A DNA stretch of 37,715 nt from a virus (Duplodnaviria; Caudoviricetes), in the IMG/VR virus record IMGVR_UViG_3300049731_000156, positions 1 to 37,715 of that record. One strand, written 5' to 3'. A program made the position numbers and the translations under genes. This document shows, one piece after another, positions 35,426-37,715 of the stretch. The first letter of the stretch is position 1; the number at the start of each line of letters is the position of its first letter. The notes under the pieces are model-generated. The model ran no database searches and was not told the origin of the DNA. It was given only the letters and a program-made list of their open reading frames with translations.

Positions 35426-35582
35426 ACTTGGGCGTTCCGAGCGCTGGGTCAAAGCCCAGCGTTTCCCGAAAGAAGCTGACCGGCACACCGCTTTTGGGCT
35501 CGTTCAGGCGCGGGTCGTCGCGGTGCAGCGCGGTGCAATTTTGCACCCTGGAATGCTTGAGTCGGGCCGGCGAAAGGGATGA
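35400..35582 (+). CDS. Small HTH-like protein
   Basis: MKRSQLALELGRSERWVKAQRFP; overlaps the portal 3' end. Confidence 0.5.
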   Translation: MKRSQLALELGRSERWVKAQRFPKEADRHTAFGLVQARVVAVQRGAILHPGMLESGRRKG

Positions 35583-35594
35583 AAGCTCTGACTG

Positions 35595-36599
35595 ATGCCA
35601 CTCTTGCGTTCGATAACGACGACCTTCAAACCGCCCGTCGTCGCGCAGGAATGGCAGCCTCCCCAGGAACTCGAATGGATGCCCGCCGGGCGGCACGAGA
35701 TTTCCGCCAGCCTCGATGGGGAACCCTGGTTAGGAACAATCGAAGCCGGGCCGGAGGATGCGGAGCGCCTCGACCGGCAGCTTCAGGCGAGGCTGACGGA
35801 ATCCGACGCCGGCAAATCCTCGAGGCCGTTCATCGACTTCAATCACGAGAACGGCGCCGCGGCGGCAATCCCGAAGAAGTTCATCTGGGCTGACGGGATC
35901 AAGCTCCTGGTCGAATGGACCCAGGCCGGTCTCGATGCTCTGCGGGGCCGTGTCTACAGCTACTTCAGCCCGACCTTCGAGATGAAGGACGGGCGTCCCC
36001 AGGCCATCACTGATGTCGGAGCCATCGGAGGTCTTACCAATTCACCGGCCTTTCAAACGATCCAACGACTCACATCAAACCATGAGGAACCCGTTCGAAT
36101 GAATAAGCTCATCGCAGCTCTCGTGCAGCTCGGACTTGTCGCCGATGGCGTCGAGGACGAGGCCAAGGTCATCGACGCAGTCAAAGCTGGTGTCGGCCGT
36201 ATCCAGGCCGAAGTCACGGCGGCGAAAGAGAAGGCCGCCACGGCCATTGCCAGCGAGGGCAAGCTCGCCGCGGAGCTGGCCGAGTTCCGAAAGAAGAGGG
36301 AGGAGGCGGCCGAGGCCGAGATCGACGGGCTCATCAAGGCCGGCAGCATCCCGGCGGAGTCCCGGGCGTTCTTCATCGAGAGCCTGAAGCGCGACGAGGC
36401 TGGCACCCTGGCGCTGCTCAACACCTACAAACCGGCGGGGAACGGCAAGGGCACCAGTGCGGTGAAAGCCTCCTTCACGCCGAACTCCAAGGGCCCGGTC
36501 GAGGAACTCAAGGCCAAGATCGAGGCCGAGACCGACCCGCACAAGCGCCAGGCCCTGCGCGTGGCCAACTGGGGAATCCTCTCCAGCCAGGCGGCCTGA
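35595..36599 (+). CDS. Mu gpI-like prohead protease with C-terminal scaffold
   Basis: WMPAG, IDFNH, VEWT..G....Y.YFSPTF and GLTNSP, followed by a coiled-coil region from in-frame ATG 36099. Confidence 0.85.
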   Translation: MPLLRSITTTFKPPVVAQEWQPPQELEWMPAGRHEISASLDGEPWLGTIEAGPEDAERLDRQLQARLTESDAGKSSRPFIDFNHENGAAAAIPKKFIWADGIKLLVEWTQAGLDALRGRVYSYFSPTFEMKDGRPQAITDVGAIGGLTNSPAFQTIQRLTSNHEEPVRMNKLIAALVQLGLVADGVEDEAKVIDAVKAGVGRIQAEVTAAKEKAATAIASEGKLAAELAEFRKKREEAAEAEIDGLIKAGSIPAESRAFFIESLKRDEAGTLALLNTYKPAGNGKGTSAVKASFTPNSKGPVEELKAKIEAETDPHKRQALRVANWGILSSQAA

Positions 36600-36629
36600 T
36601 TCTGGACGTTAACCCCAATTCCAGTCCAT

Positions 36630-37607
36630 ATGCCCAACACCATTTCACTCGACCTGATCCTGCCGGTCCTCCGGGACGCGGCCATCGTGAGGCTCTCCGA
36701 GGTCCTCGCCCCTTTGACGGCGTACACCCGTGACTTCGGCACCGAACCCTTGAGCCCCCATGTCGAGGTGCGGGTTCCGCTGGCCAGTGCCACGCCGACC
36801 CTTCTCGTTGACGGCGGCGCCGCCACGGCCGGCGCGGAAGGCAACTTCGAGCAGGGCGATTCGACGCTCGCGGCGGTGAAGATTGCCGTGAAGCAGTACA
36901 GCAAATGCTTCCATGTGGTGAACCGGGACCTTCAGGACGGCATCCGCCTGAACATGCTGGCGGAAGCCAACGCCATCGCTCTCGGCGAGGGCATTGCCGG
37001 ACTGCTGGTCGGGTTGATGAACGTCACCAATTTTCCCAATCCCGTCACCCTACCGGTGAGCGAGTGGAAGGATGGCGCCGGGATGAAGGCGCTCCTGGGC
37101 GCCATCGAAAAGGCCCGCAATCCCGTCGCGATCCTGGATACGCACCTCTTCGCCGAGGCGATGATTACCGGCGCCATGAGTTTCGTCTTAAGCAGGGAAG
37201 GCGCTGCCGCCACCTCAGTCGGGCCGGCAGCCTACGGTTTCAGCGCCATTTACCGGCAGACGCTTTGGACCGGGACCGGTGCGGCGGCCGGCCTGGCCGG
37301 CTTCGCCTGCGATCCGCAGGCCATCGCTTGTGCTTCCGGCCCGCCGTTGAGCCCGGCCCAGGTGGAAGGTCTGGGCGTTCTCATCGCCCAGGACAACATC
37401 ATGATCCCCGGCATCAACCTGACGGTGCAGAGCAACGTCTGGCTTTCGACCAAGACGCGGACACTCTGGGGGTCCTATGACATCATGTTCGGTTGTGCGG
37501 TGGGTGACGCCACGGCGGGTGTTCTCGTGATTCCGAGCGGCGCCACCACGGCCGCCGCCGGTGCGGGGGGCGAATCGGGAACCGAATCCGCTCGCGTGCG
37601 GCGCTGA
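36630..37607 (+). CDS. Major capsid protein
   Basis: 325 aa directly after the protease/scaffold gene; C-terminal YDIMFGCAVGD. Confidence 0.8.
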   Translation: MPNTISLDLILPVLRDAAIVRLSEVLAPLTAYTRDFGTEPLSPHVEVRVPLASATPTLLVDGGAATAGAEGNFEQGDSTLAAVKIAVKQYSKCFHVVNRDLQDGIRLNMLAEANAIALGEGIAGLLVGLMNVTNFPNPVTLPVSEWKDGAGMKALLGAIEKARNPVAILDTHLFAEAMITGAMSFVLSREGAAATSVGPAAYGFSAIYRQTLWTGTGAAAGLAGFACDPQAIACASGPPLSPAQVEGLGVLIAQDNIMIPGINLTVQSNVWLSTKTRTLWGSYDIMFGCAVGDATAGVLVIPSGATTAAAGAGGESGTESARVRR

Positions 37608-37632
37608 CCATGGCCCCCCAACCACCGGCGCC

Positions 37633-37715
37633 ATGGCCGCGAGCCCCGTCGCGAAGCTCCTGCGCGGCGGCCTGAAGTTCCTCAAGGACACGGGCCACCG
37701 TGAGACATTCACGGT
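37633..37715 (+). CDS. 5' part of the putative head-tail joining protein (continues at 143-476)
   Basis: ATG GCC GCG AGC...; in frame with 91-476 across the circular overlap. Confidence 0.65.
   Translation, partial: MAASPVAKLLRGGLKFLKDTGHRETFT

Overview
The window is an essentially complete, GC-rich temperate tailed-phage genome of about 37.6 kb. Positions 91-142 repeat the last 52 nt, which closes the circle; positions 1-99 are a chimeric copy of 37191-37289. It is in the excised attP form, with a tRNA-Val(UAC) 3' half next to a tyrosine integrase. Gene order: head-tail and tail genes with a short tape measure and two large tail fibres (1-19.0 kb); attP, integrase, two divergent ribbon-helix-helix (RHH) regulators and excisionase (19.1-21.2 kb); small early genes (21.2-26.3 kb); Pif1-like helicase, AEP-like primase, D5/SF3 helicase and an iteron-rich origin (26.3-30.5 kb); then lambda-like terminase and portal, Mu gpI-like protease/scaffold and major capsid (31.0-37.6 kb). 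No endolysin was recognised. The best candidate for a new system is at 23544-24180: a DUF6948-like gene coupled to a (Gly-X)25 peptide built from GGC-[TAC/TCC/GAC] hexamers, flanked by two related ~70-nt structured RNA elements. Other notable points are an RHH gene nested in the integrase 5' end (possible -1 frameshift fusion), signal peptides on two fibre/lectin-like genes in the morphogenesis operon, two apparent CTG starts in CTGA overlaps, and tiny HTH genes with a shared DNA motif in the head operon. All family calls come from motifs read by eye; no database searches were run.
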